Assembly (NCBI GenBank): GCA_043228905.1
Contig: JBHGNT010000003.1
Coordinates: 1,302,001 to 1,366,000 of the forward strand
Source: Azolla caroliniana
Lineage: Eukaryota; Plantae; Polypodiophyta
Reading direction: 5' to 3'
DNA: 64,000 bases
Positions 1-12,590 of the stretch are shown piece by piece. How positions within the stretch are numbered: position 1 is the stretch's first letter; every line of letters begins with the position of its first letter. Position numbers and translations under genes: made by a program. The notes beneath the pieces are model-generated. The model was given only the letters and a program-made list of their open reading frames with translations, was not told the DNA's origin and made no database searches.

Positions 1-278
1 AGCGATTTTCGTATTAACAGAAACGATGATATCCCATTCCCATGCGAACGCTTGGATTCAATTTCATTGGTCCCATCACAAGTAGAAATATATTAAAGAC
101 ATGTTGTACACATGCAGGGATGTGGACATCTGTGGATGCATTTGTGTATGGTTTGTTTGGCTATGGTGAAGAAGAAGAAAAAGAAGAACCATAGAGATTT
201 GGATGTATGGTTCTCACAAAGATTGGAGAACGTTCAAGTTGTGACAACCAGAGAACTACCACTAGCATTTGGTGACGC

Positions 279-1957
279 ATGGCTATGGTGAGCTTCACCT
301 CCATCATCCCTGTAGAGCTCATTGTTGGGGTTACCCTGTCTCTACTACTAATAGCAGCACTACAGCAGCTATGGAGACCTTCAAGCCAGAAGAATGAGGG
401 CCAGCAAGAGAAGAAACTTCCCTTACCTCCGGGTCGTTTCGGCCTTCCCTTCGTTGGCGAAACCCTAGAGTTTGTCGGAACACAAAGGAAAGGGATCCCT
501 TGGAAATTCATCGATGACCGCATCTCAGCGTACGGAGAAACCTTCAAGACGAGCTTAATGGCTTCGCCGACAGTAGTCATTGCTGGTCCTTTGGGTCACA
601 AGACAGCCTTCTCTAATAGCTATACAGCATGGCCTGCTAGCATGGTCTCTCTTCTTGGGAAAGACTCCCTCATCGCGTGTGCTGCACATCGTGTCCCTCG
701 CATCCGGAATGCGCTCATGCAATTCTTGCGGCCCGAATCCTTGCAAAGATACACGAGCCGTGTCGACCTCATCCTCCTCACCTTCATTCATGAGTATGTA
801 GAAGGCAAACCTAAGGTTGCTCTCTTCCCCCTTATAAGGAAGCTCATGTTCTCAATAGCTTGCGAGGTTTTGGTTGGTAAAGGAGACAGAAAAGATCAAG
901 ATATGCTCCATCATCCTTTCGACACCATGGTGAAAGGCCTCTTTCAGCTTCCAATCAACATCCCAGGAACAACATATAGCAAAGCAATCCCAGCTTCGGA
1001 TGCGATAAGAAAGCAGTTGCAGGTATGGATCAATGAGAGGAGGAGGGATATGGCTGCTGGCTTGGTCACTGGACATGAAGACATCCTCTCTGGCTTTCTG
1101 GCATATACGGATGACCATGGACGACCTTTCTCCGATAAGGAAGTGAAGGACAACATCCTCACGTTGCTCTTTGCAGGCCATGATACCAGCGCTTCTGTAG
1201 CCACCATGGCCTGCAAATGTCTTGCATCTAATACCGAGATAATGGATGAGGTTTACAGAGGTTTGTTTGTGGTCCCTCAATCATGCTCAATTCTTGACCA
1301 GTGCACATATAGTCTTATGATTTGGATATGTTTTTTCTTGTGGACAGAGAACAAGGAGATCGCGGCAAGCAAGCCCCCTGGCGAGCTTTTGAATTGGGGA
1401 GATATACAGAAGATGAAGCTTTCATGGAGAGTAGTTCAGGAATCGATGAGGCTGGTGCCGCCAGTGCAGGGATTATGGAGAGTGATACAGGAAGACATGA
1501 GCATCGATGGCTTCAGGATCCCGAAATCATGGAAGGTACGATAGCACAGAAAACTCATTTAAAAACATGGTTTAGCGGCTCTATATAGGTTTGAACCGAT
1601 AATGTCAAATAGAGCAACACATAAAAGGTGATCCATACATTGCATTTTCCTGCACAGATATTTTCGTCCACACACTCAACTCTACGTAACCCCAAGTATT
1701 TCCGGGAGCCGGAGAAGTTTGATCCGTCTCGCTTCGAAGGAGCAGGCCCGGCTCCATACACGTTCGTCCCATTCGGTGGGGGCCCGAGGATGTGTCCGGG
1801 CAATGAATTCGCACGCATGGAGATTCTGGCGCTCATCCATCGCTTGGTCACCCAGTTCTCGTGGACCCTCGAGGATCCCAACGAACTCATATCAATCAAC
1901 CCGCTACCCTTCCCTGTGAAAGGGCTTCCTATCTTGTTGAAACCACGCATTCCATGA
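279..1957 (+). CDS. CYP716: Cytochrome P450, CYP85 clan, CYP716-related (type A, copy 1), intact, about 489 aa
   Basis: Exons 279-1260, 1348-1535 and 1658-1957 with GT..AG introns splice in frame. Has an N-terminal anchor, PPG hinge, I-helix [13 protein letters not shown] (ExxR), PSRF and heme motif [10 protein letters not shown]. Family assignment is by recalled motif similarity and is family-level only. Confidence 0.9.
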
Positions 1958-2389
1958 TTTGATTTAGCTACCACGAGCCCTGCGCTGTGAAGTCATTTGA
2001 AAATTGCAACTACGAGCACAGCTTTAAGATCCTAAACTATCCAAACGTTGTGTTTGTACATTTATTTCTATTTATCGGAATTTAACAAGCTCTATGAGCG
2101 TATCCACTGTTCAACTTAAATTTAAGTTTTACTTGTGATATATATTGTTCACATTGTTTCCTTGTTCAAGCAAATTATTTGTTTGGCTTTTTATTTCGTA
2201 TTTAGATAGAGAATAATGCTTCAGAATTAAAAATATTGTTGATTTAGAAGCATCACATTTCGATACAATGTGCTGCAAATTGCAATTAACCAGACTTAAG
2301 TCAATTTGGTCTAATCCTTGTGCACACTTCTTTCAGAGTCGCAATGTAACTCTTGATTGCAATGTCATCATAAAATTCTTGAACATAAA

Positions 2390-3231
2390 GGAAAGGGATC
2401 CCTTGGAAATTCTTGGATGACCGTGTCCCAACCTATGGAGAGACCTTCAAGACTAGCTTCTTTGACAATAGTTCTCGCTAGCCCTTTGGGTAACAATCAC
2501 TCCTTGATCGGGCATGTCGGACATCGTGCCACCCGCATTTGCATTCGGAAAGCGTTCAGGCTGTTCTTGCGGCCCGAATCCTTGCAAAGATACACGAGCC
2601 GTGTCGATCTCATTGCACTTGCATTCATAAAAGATCATCTCGAAGGCAAATCTAAGGTTGCTCTCTTCCCCCGCATGAAAAAGCTCATGTTCTCCATAGC
2701 TTGTGAGGTTCCTGTTGGCCGGCTGGACATAGAAGATCAAGATAATATGCTCCATCAACTCTTCCAGACCATGATGAAAAGCCTAGCGCAGATACCAATC
2801 AACATCCCAGGAACTTCATATAGCAAAGCTCTGGCTGCTTCTCATAATGTCAAATAGAACACATAACAGTTTGATCCATACACGGATAATGTAACATAAA
2901 ATATATATGTATGCATTTTTCCTGCACACAGATAATGTCTTCCGTGAACTCCACCCATCGGAACCCGAAGTATTTCCGGGAGCCGCAGAAGTTCAATCCG
3001 TCACGCTTCGAAGGAGCAGGCATGGACCCTTTCACATTCGTCCCATTCGGTGGGGGCCCGAGGATGTGTCCGGGCAATGAGTTCACACGCATGAAAATTC
3101 TCTTAATCATCCATCGTATGGTCGGCCAATTCTCGTGGACCCTCGGGGACCCCAACGAACTCACATCAATCAACCCGCCACCTTTCCCTGTGAAAGGGCT
3201 TCCTATCCAGCTCGAACCACACATTATGTGA
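2390..3231 (+). pseudogene. Internally deleted type-B P450 copy (part of exon 1, part of intron 2, exon 3 at 2932-3231)
   Basis: Collinear with the 50170 gene but lacks the 5' end and has deletions. It jumps from SKALAAS straight into intron 2, so the I-helix and exon 2 are missing. Confidence 0.9.
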
Positions 3232-3340
3232 TTCGATCTGCTACCACTCTATTGTTCAAAAAACTGCAACAACAAGAGTGAATACACGATTTAGAACATG
3301 TATATGTACATTTATTTCTATGCATGGGAAGTTGGCATGC

Positions 3341-3522
3341 CCTAGGAGCATGTATATTTGTTCTAGGAGCATGTATAATTGTCCTAGGGGCATATGTTTA
3401 TTTGTTAGGAGCATGTATATTTGTTCTAGGAACATGTATATTTGTCCTAGGAGCATGTAAATTTGTTCTAGGAGCATGTAAATTTGTCCTAAAAGCATGT
3501 ATATTTGTCCTAGGAGCATGTA
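3341..3522. repeat. 21-bp minisatellite (aggagcatgtatatttgttct)n, about 8-9 copies
   Basis: Directly visible tandem units; homologous array at 51981-52178. Confidence 0.9.
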
Positions 3523-3719
3523 AAGGTTATAGGTTTAAGAACTAATTATTTTTACAAAATTGGCATTTAATTTATCTTTTATTAACCTAAAAGACGAATC
3601 ACTTATAATGAATAAATAAACTAGTTGCCTAATGACAATTTGCCTACACAAACTCTAATATTTCGTCGTAATTCCACGACACAAACTTGTTGAAATGTTT
3701 TTAACAAGATACCTTTCCT

Positions 3720-4030
3720 AGTTTAGAACTTGGTTGATTCTACCTTTCTTTCACTCACACTTGCACGTTTTCAGTAGATTGATATTTAGGAGGGGCAAAT
3801 TTGTGGGGACACCAAAGATGGAACTTACTACTTCTTGTCGGTTATCAATCCCAAAGTAACTTTAGACAACGGGCAACCCTTCCCCAATACTAGATACGAA
3901 CGATGTTACCTTCTTTTGTTCAAATCTAGGATCGTTTTTACTTTTGTAGTAATCTCTAGCCACAAGTTTCACTGAAAGATCTTGCTCAAGTTGGTGATCA
4001 AGAGTTCAAGGATTTGTAGTGAGGTTAAGA
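3720..4030 (-). mobile_element. Possible decayed LINE RT remnant (paralog at about 52490-52810)
   Basis: Minus strand reads GCPLS at about 3860-3880, resembling the LINE RT QGCPLSP motif; the rest is degraded. Confidence 0.35.
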
Positions 4031-4032
4031 AT

Positions 4033-5750
4033 TGTTGGGGATAAAGTCCCCAAGAACTTTCCTTTTTTTCTATATTTCAACCCTTCCATGTCAAAGGTCC
4101 CTTTGAGAGGTTTGAAGACATAACTTTACTATATTTTTGGCCCCAATATGGGGGGTTATAGGCATTTACATTATCTTTATAACTTTTGGTCATTGGCCAT
4201 GTGTGAACATGCCTAAATGACCTAAAAGTCACTTATCAATAAGAATTGGTCCCCAATCTCTCATAACGAGATAAAGACTTTTTGCATCTAGGTTCTTCTC
4301 TCCATTTTCCGACATATTTTCTCTACTTTCTTTCTCCTCAGACAACAACCTACTTCCTTTTTGTTCTATAGCAATTGACCAAGCCATCCCATAGCTTTTA
4401 ATTGGTATCAAAGCCAAATAGTTTCATTGCGAAGAATTTCTGTCTCATCAAGTGATTGTGCACATGACAATATGTGATTTGGCCTTTTTGGTGACTTTTT
4501 TTTTGCAAACTACTAAATACAAACACAACTAGTACCTCCTATAATCTTAAAAGCTTGTTTGAGATAAAAAGTATTAAAGATAATGTTTCTGATTTATGAA
4601 AAGAGAGGATGTTAGGCATGGAAAATTTTGAAGGGGTACTTCTTGAAGTCATGCCTGAAGATACGATAGATGTAGCATGGATGAAACTAAATAAGAAGGT
4701 TTATATCATAGGAGATCTTAATCACAACTCCTTTCGAGATATGAGAGAAGCTAAAAGGTACTTATGAAATTATCACACCTTAAAATCAATTGCATCTCAT
4801 ACGTAAGCTAGTGCATATGCAACTCGATAAGTAGAAAATTGCAGTTGAGCACTTATCTGCCTTTACAGTTAGTGTCTCACAATGGCAGGACTCCGGATTA
4901 CATTCATTTAATGATAAGCTTAAGGTCATCTTCTTGTTGATGAACTTACTTGTTTTGTGGTTATTCAACTCTTGAATAACCCTAATCCTACCTTTGACGG
5001 CGTAAAGTGCTCTTTTTTTAATGAGGAAATCAAGAGGAACGTTGGTGGAGAGAGAAATGGTTCAGTAAATATGGCTAAAGCAAGAACAAGAAGAATAATA
5101 CAAATGGCAAGAAGAAAAAGGAGAACGAGAATGAAACACATAACAACTTTTAAGGTCAAGGACAAAGAGAAGGCCAATGTGGTTTCTATTGTAATCATTG
5201 AGGAGCAATTAGATGCATAAGATACACTTTGCGCTATTATATTAGCAAATCATGTTGAAGTTAATGATCTTTTGTTAATTCTCATGCACAAAACATATAG
5301 ATTTCAAAGAGGGATCTAATTGATGTCTTGCTTACTTTGAATGATGCTTTGTCAAAAACGTGGTGGACTATGGATTCAGGTGCATCATTTCATATTACTC
5401 TAATTGAGGAGTGCTTTACTACCTTTCATGTAGGTAGCCATGGAGATATATATCTTGGAAAGAACCATGCTTATTTTGTTTAAGGTATTATTGGCACAAT
5501 GCATCTCATAGTGAATGGTACTAATGAGTTGGTTTACATGATGTAAGATATGTACCAAGCATCAAGATAAGCTTATCGTCTGTTTGACAAATGGATATAC
5601 ATGGATATAGTACCCTCTTTGAGAAAAGGTCATGGATCTTATCAAAGGCTCTAGGCTAATTGTGAAGGTACTAACAAAGGAACTCTATATTATTTGCATG
5701 GTAAGGCTTTGATGGGCAAGTTTATTGCTTTGGCTAAATCCATTCAAATA
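4033..5750 (+). mobile_element. Old truncated Ty1/copia element (5' LTR, PBS, gag, protease)
   Basis: TG start at 4033; tRNA-iMet-type PBS tggtatcaaagcc at 4403; protease WTMDSGASFHIT at about 5363 and HDVRYVP downstream; many stops. Paralog at 52818-56241. Confidence 0.75.
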
Positions 5751-5751
5751 T

Positions 5752-5822
5752 GGAATCCCAACAAACTCATATCAATAAACTATTTGCCCTTCCTTGTGAA
5801 GGGGCTTCCTATCCTACTCAAA
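5752..5822 (+). pseudogene. P450 exon-3 tail fragment
   Basis: Translates as [23 protein letters not shown], matching the P450 C-terminus; it abuts the copia remnant. Confidence 0.8.
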
Positions 5823-6355
5823 CAATTAAGATCAATCATATAATATCGTTTCTAATGCATTCTCATGTAACATATATTTTAATGGCACAATCGTTGGCAT
5901 TGCCTTAAACCAAGAGAAAGGGTTGAGGGTCTACTTCATCATATCTTGAATTTTGTCAGATGTATTTGTGTTCCGACTCTGTGCTTCTCATTGGTAGTGG
6001 TGATGGTTGATGATGATAAGAAGTTTCATGGAAGCCAATGTGTTGAATTCCTAAGCGCAAGTAATTTGTGGCAGGATCCTTCTCACTAATGTTATAGCTC
6101 TTAATTTGGCCTAATAATATAAACACCCAATTGCAATACGCAACGTTATTGTTGTATTAGTATGTTAATAGTAACCACAATGGTGAACAAATGTGTGTAC
6201 AATAGAGAGATATAGAAAGCATGATTTAGAAAGCCAATATCAAGAACAATTACAGGAACCATAAAAACCTTATGAACTTAACATGGTGTTTGTAAAAAAT
6301 AAAAGCATCATACCTCGCATGTGAATGACATCATCATTATCTAGTTGCATAATAT

Positions 6356-6553
6356 TGTGTTGTGCATGTATGCCTTTGTGCCACTCTTTTAGCACACCCT
6401 TTTTAGGATGCATGTACCTAAGCCGACCCACCCTTTTAGCATACCCTTTTAGGCTAAGCCAACCCAAATGGGTACCTTTTCATAAACTATAAATTGAGTA
6501 AGAAGTAAGAAGCTAGAACTAGACTGGTTTTGATCTCTTATGTGCATTTCACA
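6356..6553 (+). mobile_element. Solo LTR (198 bp) of the mini-element at 54762-56168
   Basis: TG...CA ends, near-identical to those LTRs; flanks ATAT/ATAC; empty site present in the paralogous region at about 40985. Confidence 0.9.
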
Positions 6554-7320
6554 ATACCAACACCATAAATTTAATTAAGAACTCATTATATATGTGATCA
6601 ATCATAATAAAATGGAGTTCAGGTAATGTTTTTACTCAAATTAAGCAACAATATTCTCCAAAGAATAATCCATTGATTTTATTTAAGTTTAGTTTATTTG
6701 CAAAACAAGGGGGTTACGAAAGTTAGAATGAGAGGAAATTTATTAGACATGTGGGAAGCAAATTTCCATGGATATATGAGATCATTGCATCTGCAACATT
6801 AAGAAAGAATCCCTTGTCAAATTGATATACAACTGTGGAGTTGTTCTTGCTCCTCTTTGCTAGATGGTGACAAGTATGTAGTGATTCTAGACAAGGCGAT
6901 GCGACACAAGTTGTCTCTTATGCCTCAATGGTAAACTCAACACTAGATTGTGAGAGATGTTGGCACTAGTTATCAAACATATATAATTGTTGTAGCTACT
7001 TCTTTTGGTTCAAAACAAAACATGTAAAGCATTTATAAAAGCTTGGCTTCAATTCATTAGTCCCCATCTTTTGAAAAAATGATCAGCCCGATCCCATGTA
7101 GAAATATAGTTGAAGGCGCCTATTTGCACACATGAAAGACATATTAAAGACTTGTGCACACATGCAGGGATGTGGACATCTTTGGATGCATTTGTTTGGC
7201 TATGGTGAAGAAGAAGAAGAAGAATCATACATCTTTGGATATATGGTTCTCACAAATATTGGTCAATGTTCATCGACACATATTGGAGAGAACTAGCACT
7301 ACCATTGGTGAAACTTGGCT

Positions 7321-8455
7321 ATGGTGAGCCTCACCTCCAACATCCCTATAGAGCTCATTGTTGGGGTTACTCTGTCTCTACTACTCCTCATAGCAGGGTT
7401 GCATTAGCTATGGAGACCTTCAAGGAAGGAGAATAAGATCCAGCAAGGGAAGAAACTTCCCTTACCTTCCAGTCATTTCGGCCTTCCATTTGTCGGTGAA
7501 ACCCTGGAGTTTTTCGGAATTCTAAGGAAAGGGGTCCCATGGTAGTTCTCCGATGATCTGATCTCGATCTATGGAGAGACCTTCAAGACGAGCTTACTAG
7601 CTTTTCCAAAAATAGTTCTTGCTAGCCCTTTGGGTAACAAGGCAACCTTCTTGAACACCTATCCATCATGGCATGCGAGTGTGGTCTCTGTTCTCGGGGA
7701 TGAATCTCTCATCGGGTGTGTTGGACATCGGGCCACTTGCATACGGAATGCGCTCATGGTGTTCTTGCTGCCCAAATCCTTGCAAAGATACATGAGTTGG
7801 GTCAATCTCATTGCCCTTGCATTCATTAGAGATCACCCTGAAGGAAAATTTAATGTTTCTCACTTCCCCCTTATGAAGAAGCTCATGGTCTCCATAGCTT
7901 GTGAGGTTCTTGTTGGCCGGCGGGGTAGAGAAGATCAAGATATGCTTCATCATCCCTTCAACACCATGGTGAAAGAACTCTTTCAACTTCCAATCAACAT
8001 CCCAGGATCAACATATAGCAAAGCACTCGCAGCTTCGCATGCGATAAGCAAGCACTTGCAGGTATGGATCAATGAGAGAAGGAGGGATATGGTTGTTGTC
8101 TTGGTCAATGGACATGAAGACATCCTCTCTGGCTTTTTGGCATATACGGATGAGCAACATGGACGACCTTTCTCTGATAAGGAGGTGAAGGACAACATCC
8201 TCACGTTGCTCTTTGCAGGCCATTATACCAGCACTTTTGTAGCCACCATGGCCTGCAAATATCTGGCATCCAATCCCCGATATAATGGATGAGGTTTACA
8301 AAGGTTTCTGTGTGCCCCCCCCCCCCAATCATTCTCAAGTCTTGATCTACACATAGAAAAGTCTAATGATTTGTATGTGTTTTTGGTGGTGATTGCTCAG
8401 TGAACAAGGAGATCGTGGCAAGCAAGGCTCCTAGTGAGCTGTTGAGCTAGGGAGA
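7321..8455 (+). pseudogene. P450 pseudogene (exon 1, intron 1, start of exon 2)
   Basis: In-frame TAG at about 7543, frameshift near 8278, TAG in exon 2; truncated by copia sequence. Confidence 0.9.
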
Positions 8456-9650
8456 ATCAACAAAAAATGTCTTTATCTCACCTTAACTACATAAAACTTG
8501 TCCTCTTCGACATGTACTCGGCCAAAGACAAATCTGCTCTAACCACTCTCCCCATCAATCTTTGGCTATTTCAGTGAGATTGCCCTACATTAGGTTGGGA
8601 GGGGGAAGATATGAAGTCAGTACCGTATGCACTTGTAGTTAGCTCCTTGATGTACACGATAGTCGCGACATGGCTTGACATTGGTCACGCCGTAGGAGTT
8701 GTCGGCAGATTCATGCACAATCCTGACGAATCACATTGAAAAGCAGTCAAGCATGTATTTAGATACCTAGTGGGCACACAAGACCTTGACATCCTCTTCA
8801 GTCCGAGCAATTTCGTGGAAGTGAAAACGTCAAGAGTGCACAACCACTTTAACGACTAAGGCCGAATATGTAGTTGCGTGCGACGCAACGAAAGAGGCTC
8901 TATGGCTCGGTTGATTGGCGTGTAAGGTTCAACAAGACAACCCAAATTCGGCTCAAGTTTTCTACAGTGACAGTTAGAGTGTTGTTGCTCTGTCGAAAAA
9001 CCCAGTTCATCACAATGCCTCCAAGCATATCAATGTGCAGTATCACTTTGTTCGGGACTGTGTTCGGGAAGCTCTGCCTTGAGATGATCTCCACGACCAA
9101 CAACATATCATATGGGATGAACAAGTGTCTCACAATTGACTGATTTTAGTCACTTAAGCCCATCTGGTGCTTAAGTGACTAAAATCAGTCTGATCGAGTC
9201 GGACAACAGAGATAGTTTCAAGCACTCGGCCGTGACAACTGAACCAACTTCTGCACTCGAACCAATTGATTCAACCTTCGTTTCCTCTCGGTTTTCATCG
9301 ATCTGGTTGCAAGCTAAGCTACTCAAGCATCACTTTGTTTTATATTACAGGTTTCTCCATCGTGCATATGCCCAGTACAAGGGAGTGTGGACACACTAGG
9401 TTTAGGCAATTTCTATAAATAGTGGAAAAGGCAGTTTCCCTAAGTTAGTTAGTATTTAAACTAACTCTTGTAACCTAGTGTTAACGTTGTTGAACATTGT
9501 CTCCATTCTATTGTAACTTTGAGTTCGAATGATATAGTTACACATTGTGTGTCATTCTCTGTCTCTAGCTCTCACTCTGTCTCTTTGATCTTGCTATACT
9601 GTGCTAACTCTGTGATATTCTAAGCATAGATGTTGTTCTTGTTTCCACAC
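8456..9650 (+). mobile_element. Decayed Ty1/copia RT/RNase H remnant with LTR-like tail
   Basis: MKSVPYALVVSSLMY...AVGVVGRFMHNP..H*KAVKHVFRYL and a KHI-like RNase H motif; tataaatag and a CT-rich LTR-like segment at 9410-9650. Confidence 0.7.
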
Positions 9651-9659
9651 TAACGGTGT

Positions 9660-9915
9660 CAGACTCCAATAGTGTATATGATCGACAGTCAACATCCGGT
9701 TTCGTCTTTTCACTCGGAAGCGGAGCAATCTATTGGAGTAGCAAGAAGCAACCAACAGTTGCATTGTCCAACACCGAATCGGAGTACAGAGGCGCGGCCA
9801 TAGCCACCTGTGAAGCCATTTGGTTGAAGTGGCAACTAAAGGACTTAAATGAATCGATCGACAAACCAATATGTATCTACTGCAACAATCTAAGTAACAT
9901 ACAACTATCATGCAT
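9660..9915 (+). mobile_element. Ty1/copia RNase H fragment
   Basis: [36 protein letters not shown]. Confidence 0.85.
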
Positions 9916-9942
9916 TGAAAGGATCGTGACACCCACATTATG

Positions 9943-10005
9943 ACTCGAAAGGATTTGAACCCACGACCTTGTTGTACACATGTCAAATCCTTAACCATTG
10001 TATTA
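9943..10005 (-). mobile_element. Possible tRNA-derived SINE head remnant
   Basis: Minus strand has an A-box-like caatggttaagg and a B-box ggttcaaatcc at tRNA-like spacing; no full cloverleaf is evident. Confidence 0.4.
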
Positions 10006-10807
10006 ATATTCTTATATGTATAGTCTCTAGAATATGAAATCTAATATCATAGGAATATTCTATATTACTCTACATTCTAGAATGACCTAGAATATTCTAG
10101 AGTGTTCTATACCACTAGAACCTTCTAGAATACTCTAGAGATCTTCTAGATTACTCTACATTCTAGGATAACCTAGAATATTCTATTCTAGAGTGTTCTC
10201 TATTACTTATAAATAGGGATCTACCACCTATCCCAAACCTAAATTGGTTCAACGCCATTTTGTAGCCTACTCTTTGTAATCCATTTTACGCTTCAATATA
10301 ATAATTCTCTTTCAATTATCTCTCTATCTCTTTTTCTCTCTCTTTCTCTCGTTCAGTCTTGACAGGCCTAAGGAGTGGACAAGTTCCATTAGTTTTCCCT
10401 GGTGCTCGGCCTTCGACCACTTACCACTCCAAGGCTTAGTTGTAGGCTTGAGGGGGAGGTACCCGATCCAAATCCGACTGGTGCAGAAGTTGACAACGCC
10501 AATAATCGAATCAGACATTGGACGGCTCACACTTGAGTTTGAGGGCGTGTGTTCATATATCAAGCTCAACTAGATTTAGTTATTTTTGTAAATGTGTAAC
10601 GTAATAGTTACATACATAGAATCTAGTTAGAGTGTTGACTTCAAAGCCTTAAATAGGATTTTGTACTTGTACTTAAGTATGGATACATTCTAGATCCTCC
10701 ACTACCAAGTAGATTTAATATATGACTTACATCCTTGTACCTATATTCTCTTCATATATGTGCACCCTTGCACATGAGATCTATATATACCTCATTGTGG
10801 GTATTTT

Positions 10808-11110
10808 TGTTAATGTAGAGAATATGCGGAATAATGCTCGGCCACAACCGAGTCTTTAATCACTTCGTTGAGAATTACAAACACAGAGATGGGAATGTGG
10901 AGATAGATGCACCTATACGCAAAAAAACTGTAAACAAGAGAGTGCACGAGATGTTAACGTGGAAAACCCTAAGAGGGAAAAACCACGGGAGCCCACAGAC
11001 TCCAACCTATTACTATGTCAAAGAATACAACAAGGGGCACAGAGGCAATGACCTCGTGCTCACTCTCTTCGCCTGGCAGCAGTTACAACAGAGAATCACT
11101 ATGTGTTTTG

Positions 11111-11146
<36 letters not shown>

Positions 11147-12528
11147 ATTACGCTCTGTACAACAGTTACACCAATAACTCTATACAACAAGATAATTGCA
11201 CCAACTCTGATACACACGCTATAATACTCTGTTTGCCCTAGGTCATATTTATACTAATAGGACTTTCGGGCTATTTACAAATATAGCCCCCAGTGGGCTC
11301 TCTAGAACATATTTACATATATGTCCATCCGGTGAGAGGTTCTCACCGGGTCTTCATCATCCGGTCCACACCGGGTCTTCCTTGCCGGGTACTCATATCC
11401 CATCCGGAGGGACAGAAATCCTAACAAACTCCCCCTTCACTCTGGCATGGGATATCTGGTTAGTGCAATTCGCTTCCGGCATGCGTCCAGCTTGTCGGCT
11501 ATCAGCACCTTAGTCAGCATATCCGACCCGTTCTCCTCCGTGTGGATCTTCGTCAGCACGAACTCTCGATCTTCCACTCGCTCCTGGATCCAGTGGTACC
11601 TCCGTTGGATGTGTTTCGTCCTGGAATGATACGCCACGTTCTTTGCAAGGTGAATGGCACTTTGACTGTCGCAATAGAGCTGGTATTCCTCTTGCCGGAT
11701 CCCTAACTCTCCGATGAAGTCCTTCATCCATAATATTTCCTTGCCGGCTTCCACAACTGCCATGTACTCCACTTCCGTGGTTGACAACGCAACCGTCTTC
11801 TGCAGCCTCGACTGCCACGAAATAGCTCCCCCAGCGTATGTCATGACATATCCGGATGTTGACTGGCTGGTATCTGCATCAGCCGACATGCTGACATCCC
11901 AGTATCTGCCTTGCTGGAGCCAAGTCTTTCATTGAGAAGGTCCGGTTCAGAGCCTTCTTCAACGTTCGTATCTTGACTTGCTCTCGTCTGACGATCAACA
12001 TGTCGTCCATGTACAGGAGGAGTATCAAGAAGTCTCCACCTACAAACTTCTTTACAAACACGCAGTGATTGGCCTGCTTCTTGTGGTACCCTTGATCGGT
12101 CATGAAGGAGTCGAACTTTCGGTACCATTGCCGGGGAGCCTGCTTCAAACCGTAGAGACTCTTCTTTAACCGGCAAACCAGGTGCTCCTTCCCTTTCTTC
12201 ACGAATCCCTCCGGTTGCTGCATGTAGATCTCCTCTTTGAGGTCGCCGTGGAGGAACACCGTCTTCACGTCTAACTGCTCTACCTCGAGGTCCATGCTTG
12301 CCGCTATGCTCATCACCGTCCGGATGGAAGTCATCTTTACTACCGGGGCAAATATCTAGTCGAAGTCCACTCCCTTCTTCTGTTGGAACCCCTTCACCAC
12401 GATCCTGGCTTTGTACCTTGGGGGGTTGTCGGCATCTCCCGGTTTCAACTTGTACACCCATTTATTCTGGAGTGCCCGCTTTCCTTTGGGCAACTCCACC
12501 AGTTCATACGTGTGGTTCTCATGCAGGG
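10808..12528 (-). mobile_element. 5'-truncated Ty1/copia element (RT, RNase H, PPT, 3' LTR 11426-10808)
   Basis: NKWVYKLK, QLDVKTVFLHG, LYGLKQAPRQW, YMDD; RNase H WQSRLQKTVALSTTEVEY; PPT aagggggag next to the LTR TGTTAGG...TTAACA. Confidence 0.92.
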
Positions 12529-12590
12529 AACCCCTTGCCCAGCCTTGTGAAGGGTCTTCCTATCTTGCTCAAACCACGCATTCCATTATT
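12529..12590 (+). pseudogene. P450 exon-3 tail fragment followed by the type-A 3' flank (to about 13110)
   Basis: [19 protein letters not shown]; downstream matches 1960-2390 and 43400-43870. Confidence 0.88.

Noticed and set aside
161-1974. Antisense ORFs recurring over each P450 copy
   Set aside because: Shadow frames of the coding strand, repeated only because the genes are duplicates.
3256-3545. Repetitive ORFs (MLLGQIY)n and (GACIFVL)n, also at 51868-52201
   Set aside because: Products of the 21-bp minisatellite.
9943-10005. Functional tRNA gene
   Set aside because: A/B-box-like motifs only; no convincing acceptor or anticodon stems.
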